Of a DNA stretch of 64,000 nt, positions 38,061 to 50,894 are shown piece by piece. Positions within the stretch are counted from its first letter, which is position 1. The number at the start of each line of letters is the position of its first letter. The notes under the pieces were generated by a model. It was not told the DNA's origin and ran no database searches. It worked only from the letters and a program-made list of their open reading frames with translations. Made by a program: the position numbers and the translations under genes. Origin of the DNA: Mobula hypostoma (lineage: Eukaryota); assembly GCF_963921235.1 (NCBI RefSeq), contig NC_086097.1, positions 42,038,001 to 42,102,000 on the forward strand, read 5' to 3'.

Positions 38061-38429
38061 CTCTAGTGTTACTCTAGTTCTCTAGCATTGTTAAAATCTC
38101 ATGTGTTTATGATGCGTATTTACCTTACATCCTTTCTGACAGACAGTTGGTTATAGAGTCAATGAAATATTTTTGAAATATATTGAATGAAAGAAATATG
38201 TTGGTCAATTTGCATACAGCAAACTCCTATAAAATTTTGTTTTTGGTAATGGTAGAGGGATGATTAAGGAAAGTGAATTTAAGTTGAGTGCAGAGAAGTT
38301 TAGGGGAGATGACAGAGGTTTTTTTATTCACAACGATTGGTCTATACCTGGAACACAATGCTTGGGGGGTGGTGGTAGAGACTGATTCAACAGGGACATT
38401 TTAGAGATTCTTAGACAGGAACATTTATA

Positions 38430-38733
38430 TAGGCATCCGTTACTCTCGTGAGACCATGGATTTGCACCTTGGAAGGTTTCCAGGGCATAGGCTTGGGCAA
38501 GGTTGTATGGAAGACCGGCAGTTGCCCATGCTGCAAGTCTCCCCTCTCCACGCCACCAATGTTGTCTAAGGGAAGGGCACTAGGGCCAATACAGCTTGGC
38601 ACTGGTGTCGTCGCAGAGCAATGTGTGGTTAAGTGCCTTGCTCAAGGACACAACACGCTGCCTCATTCAAGGCTCGAACTAGCAACCTTCAAATCACTAG
38701 ACGAACGTCTTAACCACTTGGCCATGCGACCAC
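38430..38733 (-). mobile_element. tRNA-derived SINE, apparently full length, inserted in a CR1 3' remnant
   Basis: Minus strand A box TGGCCAAGTGG, B box GTTCGAGCC, CORE-like TGTGTCCTTGAGCAAGGCACTTAAC, then a distinct 3' tail. Confidence 0.8.
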
Positions 38734-39894
38734 GCACCGACACGCACATTAATTAAGAAAAATTGAGGGTTATAGGCTGTGTAGGAGAAGAGGATTAGAT
38801 TGAACGTGGAGTCGGTTTATTCAGGTCAAAACAAAATCATAGGTTGTATTGCTCTGCGTCCTATGTTCTATATTGGGCCAAGATTGAACTGGTCCTAACC
38901 CACCACTTCAGTGTGTAACTGCTGCCCTCTCATAGTTGGCCCCAGAGCCACATTGGCATTCCACAACCACCCGATTCGCAATGAACTGAACGCCTCAGCT
39001 CTGTAGCAGATGTGTGGGAGTCGAAATCCAGATTGTAGGAAATCATAGATCTAAGGAAGGACAAAGAATGGTTAAAATATTGGCTGACGAAATAACTCAG
39101 TGGTATACACCTGCTTACATTTCTTTCAGAACACTAAAATGATAGAACGATATCACTACTAGAGTAGAAAGAACCACCAGCTTTGAGAAGCAAGAAGAGA
39201 AAACATGTCGTAGTATGAGACACACCAATTTGTCTATCTGTACAAGAAATAGTCAATATGAATGGCAACAATAACTGGCCAAGTTTCTGCATCCCTGTCA
39301 CTAAGAATATGGGGAGAATATGAAATGGTGCTGGGGGAAATTTGTGCTAGAGGGTCAACACAGACTCAGTGAGCCAAAGGATCTGTTTCTGTACTGTATC
39401 TCTCTATGACAACGTCGAAGTTTATACCCATCAGCACAGTGCAACTACAACAGTGCTGCCAATGACCAGGCTAGAGATTTGATAATACTCTTTCCTCCAT
39501 TATGAACCGGGAACCAGCCTAACATTAAGTCTGTTGTGTCTATCAGCCTATTATCAACTCAGCCACAACCTATTAGCTGAGGGGAAGTAGTAGAGAAGCT
39601 CAGAAAGACCTCCTGTAGCACGGAGATATGGGTGAAAATGCTTTGTTAATGTAGGAGGTCAGAGAAGAATGGCCAGACTGGTTCAAGCCTACAGAAAGGC
39701 GACAGTAACTCAAATAGCCATGCATTACAACAGTGGTATACAGAAGAGCATATCTGAACACACAAAATATTGAACCTTCAAGTTGATGGACTACAGCAGC
39801 AAAAGACCATGAACATGGACTGAATGGCCAGTTTATTAGGTAACTCCTGTACTCCTGTATAGTGGTATTTGCACTCAACACTGGGAGAGGAAGG

Positions 39895-41955
39895 ATAGAC
39901 CATAAGACAAAGGAGCAGAAGTCGGCCATTCAGCCCATCGCATCTGCTCCACCATTTTATCATGAGCTGATCCATTCTCCCATTTAGTCCCACTCCCCTG
40001 CCTTCTCACCATAACCTTTGATGCCCTGGCTACTCAGATACCTATCAATCTCTGCCTTAAATACACCCAATGACTTGGCTTCCACTGCCGCCTGTGGCAA
40101 AAAATTCCACAGAATCACCATCCTCTGGCTAAAAAAATTTCTTCACATCTCTGTTCTGAATGGGCGCCCTTCAATCCTTAAGTCACGCCCTCTCATACTA
40201 GACTCCCCCACCATGGGAAACAACTTTGCCACATCCACTCTGTCCATGCCTTTCAACATTCGAAATGTTTCTATGAGGTCCCCCCTCATTCTTCTAAACT
40301 CCAAGGAGTACAGTCTAAAAACAGTCAAACATTCCTCATATGTTAACCCTCTCATTCCCGGAATCATTCTAGTGAATCTTCTCTGAACCCTCTCCAATGT
40401 CAGCACATTCTTTCTTAAATAAGGAGCCCAAAACTGCCCACAGTACTCCAAGTGAGGTCTCACCAGCGCCTATAGAGCCTCAACATCACATCCCTGCTCC
40501 TATACTCTATTCCTCTAGAAATGAATGCCAACATTGCATTTGCTTTCCTCACCACTGACTCAAACTGAAGATTAACCTTAAGAGTATCCTGCATGAGGAC
40601 TCCCAAGTCCCGTTGCATCTTAGAACTTTGAATTCTCTCCTCATTTAAATAATAGTCTGCCCATTTATTTCTTCTACCAAAGTGCATAACCATACACTTT
40701 CCAACATTGTACTTCATTTGCCACTTCTTTGCCCATTCTCCCAATCTATCCAAGTCTCTCTGCAGACTTTCTGTTTCCTCAGCACTACCGGCCCCTCCGC
40801 CTATCTTTGTATCATCAGCAAACTTAGCCACAAAGCCATATTTTCCATAATCCAAATCATTGATGTCCAACGTAAAAAGAAGCGGCCCCAACACACACCC
40901 CTGTGGAACACCACTGGTAACTGGAAGACAACAGAATAGGATCCATTTATTCCCACTCTCTGTTTCCTGCCGATCAGCCAACGCTCTATTCATGTATGTA
41001 ACTTTCCCATAATTCCATGGGCTCTTATCTTGTTAAGTAGCCTCATGTGAGGCACCTTGTCAAAGGCCTTCTGAAAATCTAAATATACAACATCCACTGC
41101 ATCTCCCTTGTCTAGCCTACTTGTAATTTCCTCAAAAAATTGCAATAGGTTTGTCAGGCAGGATTTTCCTTTAAGGAAACCATGCTGAGTTCTGCCTATC
41201 TTGTCATATGCCTCTAGGTACACCATAACCTCATCCTTGACAATCGACTCCAACAACTTCCCAACCACCGATGGCAAGCTAACAGGTCTATAATTTCCTT
41301 TTTGCTTTCTTGCCCCCTTCTTAAAAAGCGGAGTGACATTTACAATCTTCCAGTCCTCCGGAACCATGCCAGAATCTATTGACCTTTGAAAGATCATTGC
41401 TAATGCCTCCGCAATCTCCACAGTTACTTCCTTCAGAACACGAAGGTTCATTCCATCTGGTCTGGGTGATTTATCTACCCTTAGACTATTCAGCTTCCTG
41501 AGTATTTTCTCTGTCATAATTGTGACTGTGCACACTTCTCTTCCCTGCCACCCTTGAGTGTCCGATATACTGCTGATGTCTTCCTCAGTGAAGACTGATG
41601 CAAAATACTCACTCAGTTCCTCTGCCGTCTCCTTATCTCCCATTACAATTTCTCCAGCATCATTTTTTATCAGTCCTATATCTACTCTCACCTGCCTTTT
41701 ACTTTTTATATACTTGAAAAGGCTTTTAGTATCCTCTTTGATATTATTTGCTAGCTTCCTTTCATAGTTCATCTTTTCCCTCTTAATGACCTTCTTGGTT
41801 TCCTTTTGTAAGGTTTTAAGACCTTCCCAATCCTCTGTCTTCCCACTAATTTTTGCTTCCTTGTATGCCCTCTCCTTAGCTTTAACTTTGGATGTGACTT
41901 CTCTTGTCAACCACGGTTGCAACCTTTTCCCATTTGAAAATTTCCTCATTTTTGG
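39895..41955 (-). mobile_element. 5'-truncated CR1 LINE
   Basis: ORFs 40990..41949, 40460..40993 and 40143..40463: NYRPVSL, LDFQKAFDKV, GVPQG, KFADDTKI; frameshifted. Confidence 0.95.
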
Positions 41956-42878
41956 TTAGCTTAAGTCCCTTAAGTAAAACCACAGAATCGTCTATAGTGA
42001 ATGAAGGCTTTCCTTCAGGTTAATAATGTAATAGCATTGGAGGAAACAAGGGGGAACACCTAGAATTTGAACTGCAATGGCTAGGAAGTTTAAAAAAAAT
42101 GCTTTTCTTTGAGAAAGGTCCAGAAGCAAATCAAATGATACTCCACTCCCATTCTATTTACATAACTTTACTCAGGCCTTACTGGTAAAATTAACATTTA
42201 TTCTCCATCTGTAATCCCGCCTGTACTGCACTCGATCAGCTTAGGCGTCTGTGCTCAGCCCTTGAAGTTACATAATGTGCATGGTTGATAAATTGCACTA
42301 ATGCCAAAATCAGAGTGCTACCAACTACACCACAGCTGACCAGGAGAAACATGGGTTTTATAAGCAAATTTCAAACGGCAATGTGCACCAATCACATCAA
42401 TGCTTCTGGTAAAAATGAACTTGCAATTATTTATAGATGCAAGACATTCTGCAAATGACAGCAAGTGCCGGGTCCTTTCATGCAACTGGGAGGATTATCC
42501 CTGGAAATAATGGTTCCTGTTATTTATACTGGGAGAAATCAAACTTGGATCATATAGCTCTGTATAAAAAATCAGCATTACACTATTCAATTTCTAGGTA
42601 AACATGTTTTAACTAGTAGTTGAAGCATAAATAGATGTTATATATAAATTTATAATCAGCATTGTATCTGTACTGGTGAGAATATCATTGGTCAGGACAC
42701 TAAGAGAATTCTTCTATCATAATTTTATCATGGAGATTTGGAGCAGAGCAGGTTCTCATTTGCGAAGTAATCTTACTAAGAGTCCTCAAGGCTCTATGTG
42801 AGGCCGGAGTCCTCCAGAAACCAAAATGCTGCCACTGATTTAACTAAACAAAACCAAAGTAGATTATCTTCAATAATT

Positions 42879-43082
42879 TAAATGCAAACAACAGGAATTC
42901 TGCAGATGCTGGAAATTCAAGCAACACACATCAAAGTTGCTGGTGAACGCAGCAGGCCAGGCAGCATCTGTAGGAAGAGGTGCAGTCGACGAAGGGTCTC
43001 GGCCTGAAACGTCGACTGCACCTCTTCCTACAGATGCTGCCTGACCTGCTGCGTTCACCAGCAGCTTTGATGTGTGTTGTTG
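42879..43082. mobile_element. 204-bp fold-back PLE insertion with a 14-bp TSD
   Basis: 70-bp inverted arms at 42922-42991 and 43010-43079 (2 mismatches), 18-nt loop. TSD TATCTTCAATAATT at 42865-42878 and 43083-43096. Confidence 0.92.
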
Positions 43083-43206
43083 TATCTTCAATAATTGTAC
43101 ATATTATTCACAGAACTCACACTGTCATTACATATGCATTTGACGCTTGCCTTAATTCAACATATGATTGTATACTTGCCCCACAAAGAGTTTCAGACCT
43201 GAAACA

Positions 43207-44650
43207 TTAGACCGTAAGACCGTAAAACATAGGAACAGAATTAGGCCATTCAGCCCATCGAGTCTGCTCCACCATTGCATCATGGCTGACCCCGGATCCC
43301 ACTCAACCCCATACACCTTCCTTCTCCCCATATTCTTTGATGCCTCGACCAATCAGGAAACGATCAACTTCCGCCTTAAATATAGGCACAGATTTGGCCT
43401 CCACTACAGTCTGTGGCAGAGCATTCTACAGATTCACCACTCTCTGGCTAAGACAATTCCTCCTGACCTCTGCTCTAAAGGGTCGCTCCTCAATTTTGAG
43501 ACTGTGCCCTCCAGTTCTTGATGCCACACCAGAGGAAACATCCTCTCCACAACCATCCTATTTAGTCCTTTCAACATTCAGTAGGTTTCAATGAAATCCC
43601 TCTGCATTCTTCTAAGTTCCAGTAAGTACAAGCCCAAAGCTGCCAAACACTCCTCATATGTTAACCCCTTTATTCCCAGAATCATCCTCACGAACCTCTC
43701 CTGGACTCTCTTCGATGGCAACACACCTAGGGCCCAAAACTGTTGACAATACATTCAGTCTGGCCTGACTAGAGTCTTATAAAGGCTTAGCATTATCTCC
43801 TTATTTTTATATTCTATTCCCCTTGAAATGAATGGCAACATTGCATTTACCTTCTTTACCACAGACTCAGCCTGTGAATTAACATTCTGAGAGTCTTACA
43901 CAAGGACTCAGCAGCTCTGATATTTGAACCTTCTCCCCATTTAGAAAGTAGTCTGCACTTTTGTTCCTTTTACCGAAATGAATTATCATACATTTCCCAA
44001 CACTGTATTCCGTCTGCCACTTTTTGCCCAATCTTCCAATTTGTCTAAGTCCTGCAATCCCATTGCTTTCTCAGCACTACCTACCCCTCCACCTATCTTT
44101 GTATCATCCACAAACTTTGCCACAAAGCCAACAATTCCATTATCTAAATCATTGACAAACAATGTGAAAAGTATTGGTCCCATACTGACCCGTGAGGAAC
44201 ACCACTAGTCACCAGCAGCCAACCAAAAAAGGCCCTTTTCATTCCCACCTGCTATCTCCTACCTGTCAGCCAATCTGCTATTCATGCCAGTATCTTTCCA
44301 GTAACGCCATAGGATTTTATCTTGTTAAGCAGCCTCATGTGTGGCACCTTATCAAATGCCTTCTGAAAATCCAATTTAAATGACATCCACAGCCTGTCCT
44401 TTGTCCACTCTGTTTGTTACTTCCCCTAAGAACTCTAACAGATTTGTCAGGCAAGATTTCCCCTTTACAGAAACCATACTGACTTTGACTTACTTTGTCA
44501 TCAGTCTCCAATTGAAACCTCTTCCTCAATAATAGACTCCAACATTTTCCCAGCCGCTGAGGTTGGGCTAACTGGCCTATAACTTCTATTCCTTTGTCTT
44601 CCTCTGTTCTTAAAGAGTGGAGTGACATTTTCAATCCTCCAGTCCTCCAT
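43207..44650 (-). mobile_element. Decayed CR1 LINE 3' part
   Basis: GPILFTLFVNDLD...KFVDDTKIGG; CR1 3' UTR at the left end. Confidence 0.9.
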
Positions 44651-45399
44651 TAATCATGTTTCGCTCTGCACAATTCTGCTGAGCTGCTGAGTGTTTCCAG
44701 TATTTTCTGTTTCTATCATTTTGTCTTTCCCCATTTGCCTCACCTAGCTTTAGAAAGCCAAGCAGCTACATTGATTTTTGGTGCGACAAGGTGAAGATTA
44801 TACTGCAGCTCAATGCTGTATGTTACTGCAAAATCCTGATAATGCAAAACATCAAACTACATGTCAAAGAAAATACTCCTGTTACTATATGCACTGTTCT
44901 GTTACCAATAGAGATTTGATCTGTATGAGATTTTAAAAGACTTTTTTGCATGCCAATTCTTGAATAATATGGCTGCACAGCATCATTTCTGTGAAGATTT
45001 ATCTGAAGCAGTCAGCTGTAATGATAAAGGGTTGTTTACTCAAAATTAATCCTGTGAATTCAGTTAAAAGGAATGCTATCCAGACACATTGATCTGAAAG
45101 AATATAACCACATTTTAATGAAAATTGAGGACATTGAATGTCCTTCATTGAAGGAGTCATGTTCAAGGGGAGCATTCAGAATGGAAGGGAAAGAAGTAAG
45201 GAAAACATCAGAAAAGTTCCTTTAATCGATTAATATTCTCAATTCTGACCGGTGATTTCAGGATGCAAATGAGGGAGCTCTGGAATGAATTACCATGAGT
45301 TTTCAGGGGGTTGATGTCTGCCAGATATTACATTAGCAATAAGCCCTCCAATAATCTCAGAGAGGGGTTTCAAGTAAAGAAATTACAGTCAAATTTGGG

Positions 45400-45710
45400 A
45401 AGTTACTGCTCCTGCTAGAATGCCTTTATGAAACACTTATTTTTAGTTTTCCTAGCAAGAAGAAGAGAGCTGATATCATCAGTCTGGAAATGGCAGAAGG
45501 AACTTCTGGTATTGAGGAGTGAGAAACTCAAATATCTGACAGTGATAGGAAAAATTGACAGAAGACAGCACTTGACATTCATGAGTTACATCAAGGGATG
45601 GATAGGCAAAAGTTTTGAACAGCTTATTAGAACTTCTCAAATTGAAAATGGATGGAAGGCCATGATCTCCCACGTCATTTGACATGGCACATATAGATCA
45701 TGATGATGAC
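45400..45710 (+). mobile_element. Old RTE/BovB-like 3' remnant
   Basis: ORF 45428..45682 ends GKIDRRQ...WKAMISHV, followed by a (GAT)n-like tail. Confidence 0.5.
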
Positions 45711-46218
45711 CAATGGTGCTCAGGGGTTTACTGAGGGTGTTAGAGTGGATTGGATCAATGCCAATGCCAATCATTATTGAATAATTTCTGAATAGGATTC
45801 CTCAATAAAGGTAAGGTTGCAAATTTACACATTTAAGTGATATCATTTCAATTAATAGCAATCAGTGAGAGTATTTTCCCAGGCTGTGTCAAACACCTCT
45901 GCAGATTGGACAAAGCATGTCCCATTTTTGAATTACTGTATTTCAATTGTGTTTTCCAGCTCAGAAATTAGCTCTAGTCTGGATTATCTACTGATTAAAT
46001 GTCTTAATTTTGTTCTTAAACTAATTCCTGAATGATGCTCAAACTTGGCCTTAAGGGAGATGTTGAGGGCACAACTCTGAACTCTGCAGATGACCTGAAA
46101 GTTAGAAGTATAGTAACCAGTGCAGCGGGTGTAAACTTAAGAAAGACATACTGTATACTTGTTGGGAGAATGGCCAGAAGCAAGGCAGAGAAGTATCATG
46201 GCAGAAACATGAGATGAG

Positions 46219-46222
<4 letters not shown>

Positions 46223-46268
<46 letters not shown>
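46223..46268. repeat. (TG)23 microsatellite
   Basis: Read directly from the sequence. Confidence 0.98.
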
Positions 46269-46269
<1 letters not shown>

Positions 46270-46272
<3 letters not shown>

Positions 46273-49200
46273 CCCCCATGTCGGCTACCCCACAGAGTGT
46301 TATACGGCCAGCTACATCATGGTCGATGCTCAGCTGCAGGGCCGAAGAAGCGCTATAAGGATCAGATGAAGAATGCTTTAAGGAAGTGCAAGATCAGACC
46401 CGAGGACTTGGAGGATGTTGCTGCTGACTGTACCACTTGGCGACAGCTATGTAGGGACAGGGACCAATATCCTGGCGGGGAGATTTGTGAGGGCTACTGA
46501 GGTGACTTTAAACTAGAATGGTTGGGGGGTGGGAATCAAAGTAAAGAGACTAAGAGAGAGGAGGCTAGTTCACAACAGGGGGACGGGAACAAGTGCAGAG
46601 AGACAGAGGGGTGTAAAATGAGGGTAGAAGCAAAAAGTAGTGAGGTGAAAAGTAAAAGTGGCAGGCTGGCAAATCCAGGGCAAAGATCAAAGAGGGCCAC
46701 TTTTCAACATAATTGTATAAGGGCTAAGAGTGTTGTAAAAGTGAGCCTGAAGGCTTTGTGTGTCAATGCAAGGAGCATTCATTACAAGGTGGATGAATTA
46801 AAAGTGCAGATCGTTATTAATGAATATGATATAGTTGGGATCACAGAGACATGGCTTCAGGGTGACCAAGGATGGGAGCTCAACATTCAGGGATATTCAA
46901 TATTCAGGAGAGATAGACATGAAAGAAAAGGAGGTGGGGTAGCATTGCTGGTTAGAGAGGAGATTAACACAATAGAAAGGAAGGACATTAGCCGGGAGGA
47001 TGTGGAATAGATATGGGTAGAGCTGCATTACACTAAGGGGCAGAAAGCGCTGGTGGGAGTTGTCTACAGGCCACCTAACAGTAGTAGTGAGGTTGGGGAT
47101 GGTATTAAACAGGAAATTAGAAATGCGTGCAATAAAGGAACAGCAGTTATAATGGGTGACTTCAATCTACATATAGATTGGGTGAACCAAATTGGTAAGG
47201 GTGCTGAGGAAGAGGATTTCTTGGACTGTATGCGGGATGGTTTTTTGAACCAACATGTCGAGGAACCAACTAGAGAGCTATTCTAGACTGGGTATTGAGC
47301 AATGAGAAAGGGTTAATTAGCAATCTTTTTGTGAGAGGCCCCTTGGGTAAGAGTGACCATAATATGGTGGAATTCTTCATTAAGATGGAGAGTGACATAA
47401 TTAATTCAGAAACAAAGGTTCTGAACTTAAAGAAGGGTAACTTTGAAGGTATGAGACGTGAATTAGCTAAGATAGACTGACAAATGACACTTAAAGGGTT
47501 GACAGTGGATATGCAATGGCAAGCACTTAAAGATTGCATGGATGAACTACAACAATTGTTCATCCCAGTTTGGCAAAAGAATAAATCAGGGAAGGTAGTG
47601 CACCCGTGGCTGACAAGGGAAATTAGGGATAGTATCAATTCCAAAGGAGAAGCATACATATTAGCCAGAAAAAGTGGCTCCCCTGAGGACTGGGAGAAAT
47701 TCAGAGTCCAGCAGAGGAGGACAAAGGGCTTAATAAGGAAAGGGAAAAAAGATTATGAGAGAAAACTGGCAGGGAACATAAAAACTGACTGTAAAAGCTT
47801 TTATAGATATGTGAAAAGAAAAAGATTGGTCAAGACAAATGTAGGTGCCCTACAGACAGAAACAGGTGAATTGATTATGGGGAGCAAGGACATGGCAGAC
47901 CAATTGAATAACTACTTTGATTCTGTCTTCACTAAGGAGGACATAAATAATCTTTTGGAAATAGTAGAGGACAGAGGGTCCAGTGAGATGGAGGAACTGA
48001 GGGAAATACATATTAGTAGGGAAGTGGTGTTAGGTAAATTGAAGGGATTAAAGGCAGATAAATCCCCGGGGCCAGATGGTCTGCATTCCATTGTGCTTAA
48101 GGAAGTAGCCCAAGAAATAGTGGATGCATTAGTGATAATTTTTCAAAACTCTTTAGATTCTGGACTAGTTCCTGAGGATTGGAGGGTGGCTAATGTAACC
48201 CCACTTTTTTAAAAAGGAGGGAGAGAGAAACCGGGGAATTATAGATCGGTTAGCCTAACATCGGTGGTGGGGAAAATGCTAGAGTCAGTTATCAAAGATG
48301 TGATAACAGCACATTTGGAAAGCGGTGAAATCATCGGACAAAGTCAGCATGGATTTGTGAAAGGAAAATCATGTCTGACGAATCTCATAGAATTTTTTGA
48401 GCATGTAACTAGTAGAGTGGATAGGGGAGAACCAGTGGATGTGGTATATTTGGATTTTCAAAAGGCTTTTGACTAGGTCCCACACAGGAGATTAGTGTGC
48501 AAACTTAAAGCACACAGTATTGGGGGTAAGGTATTGATGTGGATAGAAAATTGGTTGGCAGACAGGAAGCAAAGAGTGGGAATAAACGGGACCTTTTCAG
48601 AATGGCAGGCAGTGTCTAGTGGGGTACCGCAAGGCTCAGTGCTGGGACCTCAGTTGTTTACAATATATATTAATGACTTAGATGAGGGAATTAAATGCAG
48701 CATCTCCAAGTTTGCGGATGACACGAAGCTGGGCGGCAGTGTTAGCTGTGAGGAGGATGCTAAGAGGATACAGAGTGACTTGGATAGGTTAGGTGAGTGG
48801 GCAAATTCATGGCAGATGCAATTTAATGTGGATAAATGTGAGGTTATCCACTTTGGTGGCAAAAACAGGAAAACAGATTATTATTTGAATGGTGGCCGAT
48901 TAGGAAAAGGGGAGGTGCAATGAGACCTGGGTGTCATTATACACCAGTCATTGAAAGTGGGCATGCAGGTACAGCAGGCGGTGAAAAGGGCGAATGGTAT
49001 GCTGGCATTCATAGCAAGAGGATTCAAGTACAGGAGCAGGGAGGTACTACTGCAGTTGTACAAGGCCTTGGTGAGACCACACCTAGAGTATTGTGTGCAG
49101 TTTTGGTCCCCTAATCTGAGGAAAGACATCCTTGCCACAGAGGGAGTACAAAGAAGGTTTACCAGATTGATTCCTGGGTTGGCAGGGCTTTCATATGATG

Positions 49201-49876
49201 AAAGACTGGATCGAATAGGCTTAGACTCGTTAGAATTTAGAAGATTGAGGGGGGATCTTATTGAAACGTATAAAATCCTAAAGGGATTGGACAGGCTAGA
49301 TGCAGGAAGATTGTTCCCGATGTTGGGGAAGTCCAGAACGAGGGCTCACAGTTTGAGGATAAAGGGGAAGTCTTTTAGGACTGAGATTAGGAAAACTTCT
49401 TCACACAGAGAGTGGTGAATCTGTGGAGTTCTCTGCCACAGGAAACAGTTGAGGCCAGTTCATTGGCTATATTTAAGAGGGAGTTAGATATGGCCCTTGT
49501 GGCTAAAGGGATCAGTGGGTATGGAGGGAAGGCTGGTACAGGGTTCTGAGTTGGATGATCACCATGATCATACTGAATGGCGGTGCAGGCTCGAAGGGCT
49601 GAATGGCCTACTCCTGCACCTATTTTCTATGTTTCTATGTTTCTAAAGATTACAGGGTCACCAGATGCTGCAATGATTCTAGAGATGGAAAGAACAACCA
49701 GAAGACAGCAGAAGAGAGCCAGGAGAAATGCAGCCATGGTTGCCACCACTATCACATATACATGTCCCACCTGTAATAGAGCTTGTGGGTCCAGGATAGG
49801 ACTGTATAGTCATCAAAGATCTCACCGTTAAAGGAGTGGAAGTCGTCATCGGATTTTGATGGACAACCGAAGAAAG

Positions 49877-49879
<3 letters not shown>
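46270..49879 (+). mobile_element. RTE-clade LINE 3' fragment (46270-46460 and 49676-49879) split by a CR1
   Basis: RLPHRVLYGQL...KRYKD...WRQLC on the left. On the right CPTCNRACGSRIGLYSHQRSHR* (stop 49829-49831) and a short 3' UTR. Confidence 0.88.
46457..49645 (+). mobile_element. CR1 LINE with end of ORF1, full-length disrupted ORF2 (APE + RT) and 3' UTR
   Basis: ORF1 end TNILAGRF; APE NARSI, GITETWL, VYRPP, MGDFN, SDH; RT FADD; multiple stops; tail (TTTCTATG)n. Confidence 0.95.

Positions 49880-49909
<30 letters not shown>
49880..49909. repeat. (TG)15 microsatellite
   Basis: Read directly from the sequence. Confidence 0.98.
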
Positions 49910-49916
<7 letters not shown>

Positions 49917-50894
49917 TTTGTGAGGGAGCTGGCCGGGGCAGGCAGAAGATATATGAACACAAAGATGGGGTGTTTATGATTGGCTCTGAAGGTGACAACC
50001 AAGCAAATAAATTGGTTAATGAGCCCATGAGATTCTGGACATTGTAAATGGCCACACTAAATTCATTGAGTGCATGAGCTGAGAGGTTAGACTGCACATT
50101 TACTAATCACTAATTATCCTTTGGCAGAAGTTTGTGTCCATTTCTTTAGAAAGGATATCATGGCTTCAGAGAGGATGCAGAGGAGATTTCCTGGAATAAA
50201 TTTCCAGGACCTTTATGTGGATAAATGAGAAGAAATAGGATTATTCTTCTTGAAACAAAAATTTGAGCTGGTGTTTAAAATTCAGAACAGTTTCAATAGT
50301 TTAATTAAAGAAAATGTTCATTTGGCTTACAGTCAATAGCAAATTGGAAGCGATTGGCAAAAGAACCAAAGGTGACAAGAGCGTATGTCACAGAGCAAGT
50401 ATTTATGCTCAGCCTGACAGGGTGATGGAAATAATGAAATATCATCTTCAAAAAGGAATTACATAATGACAAGAAGGAGGAAAATGTTCACAGTGATGGG
50501 AGGAAAAATAGGCTCACGTGTCTTTGATGGACTGATGATCATCATTCAGAAATGATCCTTTGAATAATTTATACTCTCCACAGATGCTGTCTGACCTGCT
50601 CAGTACTTCCGGTGTTCTCTGTGGTTAGCTGTCAGTGAATTATTAGCATTGTCTGATATTTATATCAATCTTTCCAATGAGATACACATAGGTGTACATA
50701 ACAGAAATTCCAGAAGACAAAATTGGGAACCATTCATTCAGCCCCTCTGTCTGCTCCACTATCGAATTAGATCATGGCTTACCTACTACTGATGTAACAG
50801 GGTGATGGAAATAACTTGAAATGTTATCTTCAAACAGGGATTACATAATGAGAAGAAGGAGGAAAATTTTCACAGTGATGCGAAAGCTGCTTCA

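Noticed and set aside
38640..38733. Functional tRNA genes (also 11253 and 25740)
   Set aside because: Pol III boxes are followed by SINE bodies and no complete cloverleaf is evident.
42879..43082. DNA-transposon MITE or miRNA gene
   Set aside because: The arms are PLE pLTR sequence, they are asymmetric at the termini, and the TSD is 14 bp like the other PLE insertions.
46228..46500. Cys-Val repeat proteins (also 49856..50047)
   Set aside because: Translation of (TG)n microsatellites.
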